Origin: a virus
Lineage: Duplodnaviria; Caudoviricetes
Virus record (IMG/VR): IMGVR_UViG_3300046758_000004
Span: 1 to 24,455 of that record
Length of the DNA stretch: 24,455 bases
Reading direction: 5' to 3' (one strand)
Position numbers and translations under genes: made by a program. The notes under the pieces were generated by a model. The model was not told the origin of the DNA and did not search any database. It worked only from the letters and a program-made list of their open reading frames with translations. Positions 1-9,826 of this stretch are shown in pieces; position 1 is the first letter of the stretch, and every line of letters starts with the position of its first letter.

Positions 1-1170
1 GTTAGCACGACCACCATTAGACATATCAAGTGTGAGGGCTGTTATAACAGAACTACCATCTAAACCTTGAAGTTTCATATCTCCATCACTTATTGCAGAA
101 TATATTAAAAAGTCATTGCTACTTTTGTATAAAGCTCCAAAGCGTGTACCGCCATCTTTAAGATTGATGGCTGAACCATCAGCATCAAGGTTAATATCTC
201 CTGCAACGTCTAGTGTGAAGTCGCCAGAAGCATTAGCTATATTACCTGTGACCTGTATGCCTGTTGATGTTGTGGCTAGTTTCTTGGCGTTATCATAATA
301 TAAATCAACAGAGCCATTTTGGTTAAACACTCCCATGTTTTCAGAACCACCAGTAGCTTGTATCCTTACGCCATCGTTTCCTCTAATATTAAGTCGTCCA
401 GTTCCTTCATCTTGAATATAACTATCAGACCCATTATGATAAATCTGGAGGTCAGACCCAGCACCGAACTTAGCTTTGACGTTATCATTATACAGGACAT
501 CGCCTGTCATAGTGCCACCAGCTTTTGGTAGCTTAGTGCCTAATGCTGTTGTAAGTGTAGAGTTATAGTTAGCGTCATCGTTGATAGCCGCAGCTAACTC
601 ATTCAAGTCATTGAGTGTGCTTGGTGCGCCACCAATAAGTGTTGTAATCTTATCTGTAACGTAAGCTGTTGTAGCTATTTTAGTACTATCATCAGACTCA
701 GCTTGTGTAGTTGCTGTAGTAGTAGATGATAGAGAACCACTAAGTGAACCACTGATAGTACCTGTAGCTGTTATGTTACGGAAGCCTGTTATATCTTTGT
801 TTGTATTAACTACTACAGCTTTAGATGCTGATACTGTACCTGCTGTAATACCATCAATGCTCTCTAAGTCATTCTCATTAATATCAGCACTACCTATTAC
901 AAAGCTACCACCAGTGATAGCACCTGTAGTTGTTATAGTAGATGAGCCATTGTCTATGTTACCAAAGCCTGACGTTATGCTACCACTATTCAATGCACCT
1001 GTAGAAGTGATGTTAGTTGTAGTGATACCATCTACATATGCTTTGATAGACTGCTGACTAGCAATGCCAGTAGCAGAGTCACTAGCAAGATTATCCTCAT
1101 CAAGGAAGCTCTTACCATCTAAGATGTTTATTTCTTGTGCACTATCTGCTAAGTCTCTTGCCTTACTCAT
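1..1170 (-). CDS. Second tail fibre / fibre-like virion protein (runs off the window edge)
   Basis: Absent from the ORF track. ATG at 1170 follows an AAGGA SD, and the frame is open to position 1 (MSKARDLADSAQEINILDGKSFLDEDNLASDSATGIASQQSIKAYVD...). It shares modules with the long fibre (LNDLNELAAAINDDANY, TKLPKAGGTMTG) and has a KFGAGSDLQIYHNGS fibre repeat. Confidence 0.85.
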   Translation of the reverse strand, partial: MSKARDLADSAQEINILDGKSFLDEDNLASDSATGIASQQSIKAYVDGITTTNITSTGALNSGSITSGFGNIDNGSSTITTTGAITGGSFVIGSADINENDLESIDGITAGTVSASKAVVVNTNKDITGFRNITATGTISGSLSGSLSSTTTATTQAESDDSTKIATTAYVTDKITTLIGGAPSTLNDLNELAAAINDDANYNSTLTTALGTKLPKAGGTMTGDVLYNDNVKAKFGAGSDLQIYHNGSDSYIQDEGTGRLNIRGNDGVRIQATGGSENMGVFNQNGSVDLYYDNAKKLATTSTGIQVTGNIANASGDFTLDVAGDINLDADGSAINLKDGGTRFGALYKSSNDFLIYSAISDGDMKLQGLDGSSVITALTLDMSNGGRAN

Positions 1171-1181
1171 ATTTTATATCC

Positions 1182-1601
1182 TTATTCTGGCTTTGTAGGC
1201 CATGTTACTGTATTCGGGAAACCTGCTTGTGCTGGTAAGTTAAGCAAGTCAGTTCGGTACTGTGTCCACTCTGCTTGTTTAGCATCTGTAAGTTCAGCCC
1301 AACGTAGAGGGTTAGTTACTATAGGGTCTACTTCTTCGACTAACTTCTGGTCACGTTGCGCCCTAAGACCTGCCGCTAAACCTGCATCTAGTTCTTCTTG
1401 AGTAGGTGCTACATAAGCCGCATAGTCTGAGCCAATAAGCCCAAGCAATACGCTGTTGTCTACAGTCATATCTGTATCATCAGGGTTTAAATGATAAGGT
1501 ATCCAATCAAACTCTGGATGGTTAATCTCTACTTCAAATGCAGTATTCTCTGCGTTTAGTGATTGTGCGTTACGCACTTCTGTTATTGTTACTGTTGGCA
1601 T
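1182..1601 (-). CDS. Tail fibre assembly chaperone
   Basis: C-terminal WTQYRTDLLNLPAQAGFPNTVTWPTKP is typical of phage tail assembly chaperones. Lies directly after the fibre gene, with a GGAGG SD. Confidence 0.8.
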   Translation of the reverse strand: MPTVTITEVRNAQSLNAENTAFEVEINHPEFDWIPYHLNPDDTDMTVDNSVLLGLIGSDYAAYVAPTQEELDAGLAAGLRAQRDQKLVEEVDPIVTNPLRWAELTDAKQAEWTQYRTDLLNLPAQAGFPNTVTWPTKPE

Positions 1602-1622
1602 TAACGCCTCCTATTATTATTA

Positions 1623-4600
1623 TTAAGATATTCTGACCCAAAGTGTACCATAGTAGCCAGTTCCCCCATAACCCATACAACGCCAAGTTCCTGATTGCGC
1701 AGTAATAGTGTCGTATACAAAATTATAAACAGCATATGCTGTTTGTAGATTTGAACCTGCTATTGTTTCTCCAACAGTGTAATTACCACTACCAGCACCA
1801 GCACCAATAAGACCATAAGTACCAACAGCACCAAAAGCTGTACTGCCACCAACACCTGTTAGGTTAGAGCCATCGCCGTAATAAGTTGTAGCGTGTACAT
1901 TTCTATATTTTGAGTTTGATTTACCTAAATCAATATTGCCGTTATTTGTGCCACCACTTACTGTACATGGATATATTTCATCGTTTGTAAAACGTATATT
2001 CGCATAAGCAGAAGAACTGTGGTTTCCTATTGTAAGGCCATCACCATAAGTACCAATACCACCTACAGTTGTGCTGTTTTTTTGGAACAATGCAATGTCG
2101 CCATCTGATGACTTGCGGTTTAAAACAAGAAGTCTATTACCATTAGCAACGAAAGACGCATCACCAGTTGCATTCATCCGAATACCGACAGTGGTGTTAT
2201 CTAAAGCTGTCTTACCCACCAACAAGTTGCCTGACGAGTCGATGCGCATCTTTTCGCTTGAGCCGTTAGCATTTGTAAACGTAAATGAGCCTGTGCTTGA
2301 TGTATTTCTAAACTCAATATTACCCCCAGAAGCAGGGGCAAAAGTAATAGGAACATTAGCATCTGAACCAGAGCCGACATGAAGAATAGACAAGGGATTG
2401 CTCGTCCCAATACCAACATTGCCTGATGAGTTTATTACTAATCTGTCAGTACCTGCTTCAACATCTCGAATAGTTAGACCACCATTTGTTACTCCAGTTA
2501 TACCTTGATATATTTCAAAAGTGTCTGCATCCGTTGCTGTACCTGACAATCTTATTTTAGCATGACCTGCTGGGTCGTGTACGTGTAGCTCTGCTTGTGG
2601 AGAACTAGTCCCAATACCTACGTTGCCATCACCTAGTATCATCATTGCAACGTCAGACGTATTCTTGCGTACTTCAAATGCTCTATCGTTTGAAGTAGAT
2701 GCCGCTGTAACAGCTAAAACCCCATAGCCACCAGTATTTGTATTTTCAAAACGACCAGCCCAATTATCATTACGAGAACCCTCTACTTCTAATAGAGCGG
2801 CTGGATTATTAACACCAATACCAACATTGCCTGACGATGTGAGGCGCATGGATTCTGATGAACCTAAAGTATTACCTCTACCAAATGCTAGATGACCACC
2901 TGCGTCATTATACATATGATAATAACCACCACCATCAGCAGGGGTTAAAATTACACCATAATCTGTACCATTACCATAACCGCCAACTTCTATGTTCCCA
3001 TTGTTTCTTTTTAGTAGATTACCTGATGAGTCTATGGACAGTTTAACGTCTGTTCCAGCAGAGCCTTTAACAATATCCATGCCATAAGCATTTGTTCCAG
3101 ATGTAGCATTTGAGCGAAGCCGCCATGTACCACCTGACGTTATATCTATTTCTGCTGGACTAGCGCCACCTGTAATATGTGACCTGATAGCGCCTTCAAC
3201 GTCTAATGCTTTTGCTGGAGAACTCGTCCCAATACCTACACGGTTATTGGTAGCATCAACGTGCAACGTATTAGTATCAACAGTCAGACCCGTAGTTATC
3301 AACGCACCCGTCATAGTACCACCAGCTAGTGGTAGCTTAGTAGCAATACTATTAGTTATAGTAGTACTGAATGATGCATCATCACCTAGTGCTGCTGCCA
3401 ACTCGTTTAAAGTATTCAGAGAAGCAGGTGAGCTATCTACTAAGTTTGCTACTGCCGTATCTGTATAAGCTTTAATAGACTGCTGTGTAGCTAGTGCTGT
3501 TGCACTGTTAGATGCCATGTTGTCTTCATCAAGTATATTTGTAATAGATACAGAACCTGTACCAGATAGGCTATCAAACTCAACTGATCCACCAACATCT
3601 AAGTTACCTGTCATAGTACCGCCAGATAAGTTTAGTTTTTCTGTGTCATTAGCTAAAGCAACCCAGTTACCTGCATGAGCAAAGTAACCCTTACCTGTTG
3701 AATGCACATGAGCAAACATACCATGATAAGTTGATGCACTTGGTAAGTCTGATAACTGAGAATATACGTTACCGAATAAAACTTTATTGCCGTTACCATC
3801 AATGTCACCTGTCATAGTGCCACCAGCTAGACCTAAGAACCTAGCATCTGCCGCAGTCTTACTATAGTGATCTGCAAGTTGGAATGTACCATAACCTACG
3901 ATGTCAATAATATCACCAGCAGTAGCACCTGCACTTAGTACTACAGTAGAACCACTTGTAGCTGTTACGTCTGTACCGACTAAAAGTTTTACGCCATTAA
4001 GATATACATCTACGTAGCCTACATCATATGTTGCAGAGAATGTAGTCTGTCCTGATGTAGCGGTATATGTGTTACGACCAGATGTACCATTAACTGATGA
4101 ACCTGCCGCTTGCCAACCACCTGATCCACTACGAACAAACATAATGTTACTTGTAGTGTTAAAATACAATGCACCTGCTATTAAAGCGTCACCATCATTG
4201 TCTACTGAAGGAGCAGATGATTTAGCACCTAAGTATCTGTCGTCAAAGTCATCATAAGAATTAGCGGCATTAGTAGCACTGGTAGCCGCAGCTGTTGCTG
4301 AGTTAGCTGAGTTTGTAGCTGATGTTGCTGCATTAGTAGCTGAAGTAGCCGCTTGAGTAGCACTAGCCGCCGCCGCTGTATTAGAACCTGCGATACTATC
4401 AACATAAGTTTTTGTAGCCGCATCGGTATTAGCAGTAGGAGTACCTAATCCAGTAATCTTATTGCCACCCATAGCTATAGCAGATGCCATAGTACCACCT
4501 GATTTTAGTAAGGCAGTTGTGTCAACGTAGTTCTTAGTAGCACCATCTTGATTAGCAGTAGGATCACCTAGTCCAGTTATCTTACTTGTACCCATAGCTA

Positions 4601-6143
4601 TAGCACCAGACATAGTGCCACCTGATAAGTTTAACTTAGTAGCATCTTGTGCATCTACATAACCTTTACGAGATAGCTCATCATTTGTTGCAGGGTTAGC
4701 TGTAGATGTTACAGCATTAGTACCCATTACAATGTCACCAGTTAGTGTTCCACCAGCTAGAGGTAACTTAGTAGCTATAGAATTAGTAATAGTAGTTGAG
4801 AAATTTGCATCGTCATTGATTGCCGCAGCTAACTCGTTAAGAGTGTTTAGGGCATCAGGGGATGAGTCAACTAAAGCAGATACCTCAGTGTCTACATATC
4901 CCTTAGTAGCGGCATCTGTTGAAGCACTTGGAGCACCTAAACCTGTTACTTTACTACCGCCCATAGCAATAGCACCTGACATAGTTCCACCAGACAGGTT
5001 AAGCTTTAGTGCATCTGCAGTATCTACATAGTTCTTTGTAGCCGCATCTTGAGCGCTGGTTGGATCAGTAACATTAGCAATAGTTGTACCTGTAACATCT
5101 AGTGTACCGTTTACAGTTACATTGTTAAATGTAGATAAACCTGACCCTGCAGTTACATTACCTGTCACATTGCCTGTAAGATTACCAGTAACGTTACCTG
5201 TGATATTACCTGTTACGTTACCTGTAAGTGGGCCTACAAGACTTGAACCTGTAATTGTTGTACCTGTGATTGCGGCTGTAGAAGAAGCACCAATAATAGT
5301 ACCATCAATATTACCACCGTTTATATCTACAGTAGCTAACGTAGCCTGACCAGATGTAGAGACTGTAGTAAAGCTACCAGCAACGGCTGTTGATGCACCT
5401 ATAACTGTATTGTCTATATTACCTGCATTAATGTCTACAGTAGTTAATGTTGATGTTCCTGTAGATGTTAGGTCTGTTACAGTAGCTGGTGCGGCAGATG
5501 AAGCACCAATAGTTGTGCCATCAATAGCACCTGCATTAATATCTACAGTAGCAAGAGTAGAAGTACCTGTAGCACTTAGTGTAGTAAATGAACCAGCACC
5601 TGCTGTTGTACCACCTATGGTTACGTTATCTATAGCACCAGAGTTAATATCTACAGAAGTAATAACACCTGTAGTAATATTAGCTGTGCTTAGAGTAGTT
5701 GTTCCAGTAACACCTAATGTACTTCCTATAGTAAACGTACCTGCAACTGCACCATTAATATCTACATCTAGTGTATCTATGTGTGCTGTACCATCTAAGT
5801 ATAAATCTTTAAACTCTAAACCAGATGTACCTAAGTCTATATCATTAGTTATTACAGGTATAATAGCCCCATCAGAGAAGCGTATTTGTTCTACTGCGGC
5901 TGAAGATACCTCTACAAAGACACCTACTTGATTAGTAGCAGTGTTTATGACAACTTTGTTTAGTGCGTCAACATCACCAATAAGAGGAATGTAACCACCT
6001 TCTCCTATTGATCCATCGTGTTTGTGTCCACTTGACACTGCAAATGCATCACGGAGCTTGTTGTACTCGGCGTTAATAGGTGCTGCACGAAGTGTAGCTG
6101 TTGGTATTATGTCTGCTGAAGACTGTCTTACGTAACCTGCCAA
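1623..6143 (-). CDS. Long tail fibre protein (~1506 aa)
   Basis: Gly/Thr/Ser-rich with many repeats (VDINAGxIDxTxIG, DAATKxYVD, LSGGTMxGAIAMG, GNVGIGTSSP). Start revised from the track's 6170 to TTG 6143, which has AGGAGA 7 nt upstream and gives MAGYVRQSS..., a typical podovirus fibre N-terminus. Confidence 0.88.
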   Translation of the reverse strand: MAGYVRQSSADIIPTATLRAAPINAEYNKLRDAFAVSSGHKHDGSIGEGGYIPLIGDVDALNKVVINTATNQVGVFVEVSSAAVEQIRFSDGAIIPVITNDIDLGTSGLEFKDLYLDGTAHIDTLDVDINGAVAGTFTIGSTLGVTGTTTLSTANITTGVITSVDINSGAIDNVTIGGTTAGAGSFTTLSATGTSTLATVDINAGAIDGTTIGASSAAPATVTDLTSTGTSTLTTVDINAGNIDNTVIGASTAVAGSFTTVSTSGQATLATVDINGGNIDGTIIGASSTAAITGTTITGSSLVGPLTGNVTGNITGNVTGNLTGNVTGNVTAGSGLSTFNNVTVNGTLDVTGTTIANVTDPTSAQDAATKNYVDTADALKLNLSGGTMSGAIAMGGSKVTGLGAPSASTDAATKGYVDTEVSALVDSSPDALNTLNELAAAINDDANFSTTITNSIATKLPLAGGTLTGDIVMGTNAVTSTANPATNDELSRKGYVDAQDATKLNLSGGTMSGAIAMGTSKITGLGDPTANQDGATKNYVDTTALLKSGGTMASAIAMGGNKITGLGTPTANTDAATKTYVDSIAGSNTAAAASATQAATSATNAATSATNSANSATAAATSATNAANSYDDFDDRYLGAKSSAPSVDNDGDALIAGALYFNTTSNIMFVRSGSGGWQAAGSSVNGTSGRNTYTATSGQTTFSATYDVGYVDVYLNGVKLLVGTDVTATSGSTVVLSAGATAGDIIDIVGYGTFQLADHYSKTAADARFLGLAGGTMTGDIDGNGNKVLFGNVYSQLSDLPSASTYHGMFAHVHSTGKGYFAHAGNWVALANDTEKLNLSGGTMTGNLDVGGSVEFDSLSGTGSVSITNILDEDNMASNSATALATQQSIKAYTDTAVANLVDSSPASLNTLNELAAALGDDASFSTTITNSIATKLPLAGGTMTGALITTGLTVDTNTLHVDATNNRVGIGTSSPAKALDVEGAIRSHITGGASPAEIDITSGGTWRLRSNATSGTNAYGMDIVKGSAGTDVKLSIDSSGNLLKRNNGNIEVGGYGNGTDYGVILTPADGGGYYHMYNDAGGHLAFGRGNTLGSSESMRLTSSGNVGIGVNNPAALLEVEGSRNDNWAGRFENTNTGGYGVLAVTAASTSNDRAFEVRKNTSDVAMMILGDGNVGIGTSSPQAELHVHDPAGHAKIRLSGTATDADTFEIYQGITGVTNGGLTIRDVEAGTDRLVINSSGNVGIGTSNPLSILHVGSGSDANVPITFAPASGGNIEFRNTSSTGSFTFTNANGSSEKMRIDSSGNLLVGKTALDNTTVGIRMNATGDASFVANGNRLLVLNRKSSDGDIALFQKNSTTVGGIGTYGDGLTIGNHSSSAYANIRFTNDEIYPCTVSGGTNNGNIDLGKSNSKYRNVHATTYYGDGSNLTGVGGSTAFGAVGTYGLIGAGAGSGNYTVGETIAGSNLQTAYAVYNFVYDTITAQSGTWRCMGYGGTGYYGTLWVRIS

Positions 6144-6147
6144 AGTA

Positions 6148-7689
6148 TTATCTCCTGTCGGCTGTCTCATACGTCAAGGCTACTGCCTGTATAGTATGAC
6201 TTGCATTTGTATTATTCGTAACGTAACTTATTGAAACAGAGTTACCTGATCCAGATATATTTGTAAGTGTTTTAGGTGAGGGATTACCATCATATATACC
6301 ACCTGCTCCATATATAGCTGTACCATAAATTGAAGCTGCACCCTCTGTAGTAAACTCATAGTTAGTAGGGTTGCTTGTCCCTGTGTCATCGTAATCATAA
6401 GAGACACCAACAAAAACTTCTGTATCACCCTCTGATTTTAAGTAAGTGTTTACTTTATGTATTACCTTACGTATTTCTGGATCTTCCATATAGTAGTAGG
6501 GTGTTTGATATAAACTAAAGATAGAGTTACCACCAAAGCTATTACCTTTTTCTTGTCTATGTACTCTACCAGAACCATCTCCATGTATTACATGTTCAAA
6601 TTGTCCTATGTATCCACTAGCTACACAATTTGCTTCCATACCAGTAAGCTGACTATACTCAAAAATACTCTGCTTATTCTGACTCTTACGTATACCACCT
6701 ATTAAAGATAGAGAAGCATCGTTTTTAAAGAAGAATCTAAACTGTGACTTCTTCCTAAGTACTACAATAGCTACATCTTCTATTTGTTCTGATAGATAAT
6801 AGTTATCAAATATAGACTGTATTTCTTTAGAAACTGTAGCGAGTTCAACATCACCAATTTTATCAGTACCAGAAACAGGACGTATACCATCAGGCCCTAA
6901 GAAAAGTAAGTCACCACCAAATTCTACCACAGAATCAGGAGCAAGGCAACCCATATTTGAAGTAACATTTTCTAATACAAAGTTAGCCGCATTATTACCT
7001 GTTAATCTTTTTATATTATTAGCACCAAAAATATATAATTGATTACGAAACTTTTTAATTGCTGTTATAGTGTAACCTACATTAATAACACCAGCACCAT
7101 TAGCAGGACTAAAATCTGTAGCGTTTAAAGGCGCACTAAAAAATAAGTTAAACGGTTCAGATGAATCACCACATAAGAATGCATGAGAGGCAAACTCTTC
7201 TGAATACTTAGGATTATTAGGTGCTTGAGTGTGAGTTATCTGTACGTAATTAGTTCCGTCATAAGTTGCGGCTGGATTTACCCCATCAGTAAGAAGTATT
7301 ACTTCGCCTGACCAATTATAACTAGTAAATCTAATTCTAGATACGTTAGTCATATTAGGATTACCAGCTTCAGGTATAACTACCCAAGAGTCACTAGAGT
7401 CTTGCCATCTATATAAGTAATCATGACCAGATGTAGGTTTTCTACATGCAAATATACCATCGTGTAAGTTGCCGTTTACTGTTAGTCCTAATACAGGGCC
7501 TGTTCCGGGAACAGTACCATAGTCATTAGAGTAACCACTGATACGACGATACCCACCCGATAAAGCAGGTTCATAGTTAATCATACGTATAGCACTACCA
7601 GATAATCCAGAGGCTTGAGTTAAGGGATCTACGTTAGTGATTAACCCTCCAGCACAAACTGACAGGTATGTACTTAATCTATCTGCCAT
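6148..7689 (-). CDS. Tail nozzle / tail tubular protein B-like (head-stabilisation) protein
   Basis: 513 aa, beta-rich, located between the adaptor-like gene and the fibre. N-terminal GGL and the GCLAPDSV...DLLFLGPDGIR segment resemble podovirus nozzle proteins. Confidence 0.7.
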   Translation of the reverse strand: MADRLSTYLSVCAGGLITNVDPLTQASGLSGSAIRMINYEPALSGGYRRISGYSNDYGTVPGTGPVLGLTVNGNLHDGIFACRKPTSGHDYLYRWQDSSDSWVVIPEAGNPNMTNVSRIRFTSYNWSGEVILLTDGVNPAATYDGTNYVQITHTQAPNNPKYSEEFASHAFLCGDSSEPFNLFFSAPLNATDFSPANGAGVINVGYTITAIKKFRNQLYIFGANNIKRLTGNNAANFVLENVTSNMGCLAPDSVVEFGGDLLFLGPDGIRPVSGTDKIGDVELATVSKEIQSIFDNYYLSEQIEDVAIVVLRKKSQFRFFFKNDASLSLIGGIRKSQNKQSIFEYSQLTGMEANCVASGYIGQFEHVIHGDGSGRVHRQEKGNSFGGNSIFSLYQTPYYYMEDPEIRKVIHKVNTYLKSEGDTEVFVGVSYDYDDTGTSNPTNYEFTTEGAASIYGTAIYGAGGIYDGNPSPKTLTNISGSGNSVSISYVTNNTNASHTIQAVALTYETADRR

Positions 7690-8400
7690 TTAGCCAAAAC
7701 TCTTAGTTATTACATTAGAACCTTTTGGTATTACAGTAGATAAAAGAGAGTCTTTACTATCTACAACAAGTCTTCTCATAGACTTAATACCTACTTTAAA
7801 CTTGTCCTTGTGTAATTGTGCTGATTGTTCATTAGATCTAAAGTGCATTAAGTACATCATAGCACCATCAATAATAACATGTTTAAATCTATCAGGTATA
7901 ATACACACATCAGTACTTAAAGATAAATCGTTTGGAAACTTCCAGTATTTATATTCAATAACGTAAGCTATATCAGGTACTGGAGTAACACCAAACTTTT
8001 CTTCTTGTGTCTTATAAACATTTAAAGGTTTTGTATAACCATCTGTACCAGAAGTATCATCATCAGCTCTACGAGTTGATAAGTACTGTTCATATGATAA
8101 TGGTTTTAAAACACCTGGATCTGTTGTATTAGTATTTTTTAAATAAAAAGATTCCCAATCAGCTTTTGAATAGTCTGAAGGGAAATCGTAAGTCTTCGTA
8201 CCTACTGATAGTGTTTGTTCATAGGTTACTAACGTGAAGGGCCACTCTTGAGCCTCTTGTAGTATTTCACGTATAGAAGAATTAATAGAATCTTTAGCCA
8301 GTGATTGTACGTTTTTAGTTGTAGCAAAATCTGCCTCACCAATTTCAACCTCGTTAAGACGACGAAGTAATTCATTCACTAGGTTTATATAAGTCGCCAT
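7690..8400 (-). CDS. Head-tail adaptor / tail tubular protein A-like
   Basis: MATYINLVNELLRRLNE N-terminus plus WPF, YDFPSDY and IPDRFKHVIIDGA motifs. First gene after the capsid, as expected for podovirus adaptors. Confidence 0.7.
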   Translation of the reverse strand: MATYINLVNELLRRLNEVEIGEADFATTKNVQSLAKDSINSSIREILQEAQEWPFTLVTYEQTLSVGTKTYDFPSDYSKADWESFYLKNTNTTDPGVLKPLSYEQYLSTRRADDDTSGTDGYTKPLNVYKTQEEKFGVTPVPDIAYVIEYKYWKFPNDLSLSTDVCIIPDRFKHVIIDGAMMYLMHFRSNEQSAQLHKDKFKVGIKSMRRLVVDSKDSLLSTVIPKGSNVITKSFG

Positions 8401-8430
8401 GTCATTTCCTACGAGATTTTAAATGTATAT

Positions 8431-8460
8431 AAAGGGGCTAACACTAAGCCAGCCCCCTTA
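8431..8460 (-). terminator. Rho-independent terminator after the major capsid gene
   Basis: Minus-strand hairpin GGGGCTGGC-ttagt-GTTAGCCCC followed by TTTAT, about 10 nt after the capsid stop. The short U-tract suggests partial read-through into the tail genes. Confidence 0.75.
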
Positions 8461-8470
8461 AAGTATTTTA

Positions 8471-9544
8471 TTATGCTAAGTTATATTTAGCTGTGACCAA
8501 CGCTTCTGGACGTAAGATCTTGCGTCCGTAAAGATGCATACCACGGCAGATATCAGCGAATGAATCTGGATCACGGTATGTTTCTGTTTTGTTGATTTGC
8601 TCTGCAGTTGCTACAGCTGAGTCATGACCAGCTACGATAACACCGTAGTTAGCATTTTGGTTAGCTGTGTTTGTAGTTCCTGCACCAGTACCTACTGAAG
8701 GTAAGTTACTTGAAGTATATACACGGAAGCCGTGGAAGTTGTTCAAGACTAGACCGTTACGTAATCCACCTGACTCACCGAAGTCTGCGTTAAACAAACG
8801 TGAATCTTCATCACGAAGGACTTCCATCATGATAGGATCAAGTACTAGCCATCTACCTGCAGTGTCTACTTGGTTCTGATCTAACAAACGACCCATACGT
8901 GAAATCAACATTGCTGGTGATACGTATGCTGTTGGTAGAGCAGTTGCTCCTGGTAAACGTGCTGCAACTGGGATTGAGTGATCACCTGCTGAAGTTGTAG
9001 TAATGTTTCCGAAGTCACCTTTTTTCAGCTTGTTAGCTGCAAGTAATTCGTCTGAACCAGCAGCTGTATTAGCTTTAGTTCCATTTACTGCATCGTTGAC
9101 TGCAGCTGCATTAGCATGTAGAGCAGACTGTTTATAACCACTTAAGTAACCCAATACTTCTTGGTCATGCTGATCAGCCAAGCGGAAAGCCGCACGATTG
9201 GTAGCCATGTCCATGAAATTAACATGAGAGTGTGCTTCTTCGATGTCGTCGATTTTAAATGCAAAGTAGTTTGCTTTATCTACAACAAGTGAAAAATCAG
9301 CATCAGCTAAATCTTGTGCAGCAATAGTTGTGCCACGCTTGTATGCTGATACGCTTACTTCAGGTTCTTTGATAATTTTTACAGTGTCACCTTGCGATGC
9401 AATTTCACCGAAATAATCAGAGTTAGTTATGTCGCCACAAACTGTGGACTTGCGGAATGCAAGTTGTACTTTTTTAGAATAAATTACGGAACTAAAGTTA
9501 CCATTCGGTAAGTTTGTATATCCGCTTGCGGATGCAAATGCCAT
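8471..9544 (-). CDS. Major capsid protein (P22 coat-like HK97 fold)
   Basis: 357 aa with DYFGEI..GDTVKI, YFAFKIDDIE and ETYRDPDSFADICRGMHLYGRKILRPEAL motifs. Strong AAGGAG SD, follows the scaffold, and is followed by a terminator. Confidence 0.9.
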   Translation of the reverse strand: MAFASASGYTNLPNGNFSSVIYSKKVQLAFRKSTVCGDITNSDYFGEIASQGDTVKIIKEPEVSVSAYKRGTTIAAQDLADADFSLVVDKANYFAFKIDDIEEAHSHVNFMDMATNRAAFRLADQHDQEVLGYLSGYKQSALHANAAAVNDAVNGTKANTAAGSDELLAANKLKKGDFGNITTTSAGDHSIPVAARLPGATALPTAYVSPAMLISRMGRLLDQNQVDTAGRWLVLDPIMMEVLRDEDSRLFNADFGESGGLRNGLVLNNFHGFRVYTSSNLPSVGTGAGTTNTANQNANYGVIVAGHDSAVATAEQINKTETYRDPDSFADICRGMHLYGRKILRPEALVTAKYNLA

Positions 9545-9791
9545 TATAATTCTCCTTGAATGTTTGGCTTATGATAAAGAGGTAAGTACGAGTTAAAGGT
9601 ACATACCTCAACTCAGAGAAACTAAACGTGAAGCAAAGAGGCTGATACTTTTCTAGGGTGCGTTATGATAACAGTCGGCCAACCATTATCTAAACGGGCC
9701 TGTACTTAATCAGGTAGTTCTTATTTGTAGTTTAAGTTTTATTGGTTGTAGGCAAGAGAGGTAGTCCACAAGGGAGGCTCTTGTTCCTGCC
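9545..9791 (-). ncRNA. Structured ~250-nt 5' leader of the capsid gene (cis-regulatory RNA candidate)
   Basis: Three nested or tandem stem-loops are visible by complementarity (9751-9791, 9636-9722, ~9590-9614). Three CC/C(T)AC internal loops. The element starts right after a promoter. Confidence 0.65.
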
Positions 9792-9795
9792 GATA

Positions 9796-9823
9796 GTTAT
9801 ACTTCAGATAAACATAATGTCAA
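9796..9823 (-). promoter_or_regulatory. Sigma70-type promoter for capsid gene (TTGACA-N16-TATAAC)
   Basis: Minus strand TGTTGACAttatgtttatctgaagTATAACTA. The same arrangement occurs at 22573-22600. Confidence 0.75.
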
Positions 9824-9826
9824 CAC

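Noticed and set aside
1623-3300. Diversity-generating retroelement or invertase shufflon acting on the fibre
   Set aside because: No reverse transcriptase, no TR/VR pair with adenine-specific mismatches, and no inverted cassettes or catalytic invertase in the window.
116-5931. Plus-strand ORFs in the track (116-298, 319-531, 773-1057, 2071-2382, 2858-3046, 3247-3468, 4069-4257, 4732-5031, 5122-5349, 5410-5931)
   Set aside because: They are antisense shadows of Gly/Thr-rich fibre genes (Val/Pro-rich mirror translations), with no evident SD or recognisable motifs.
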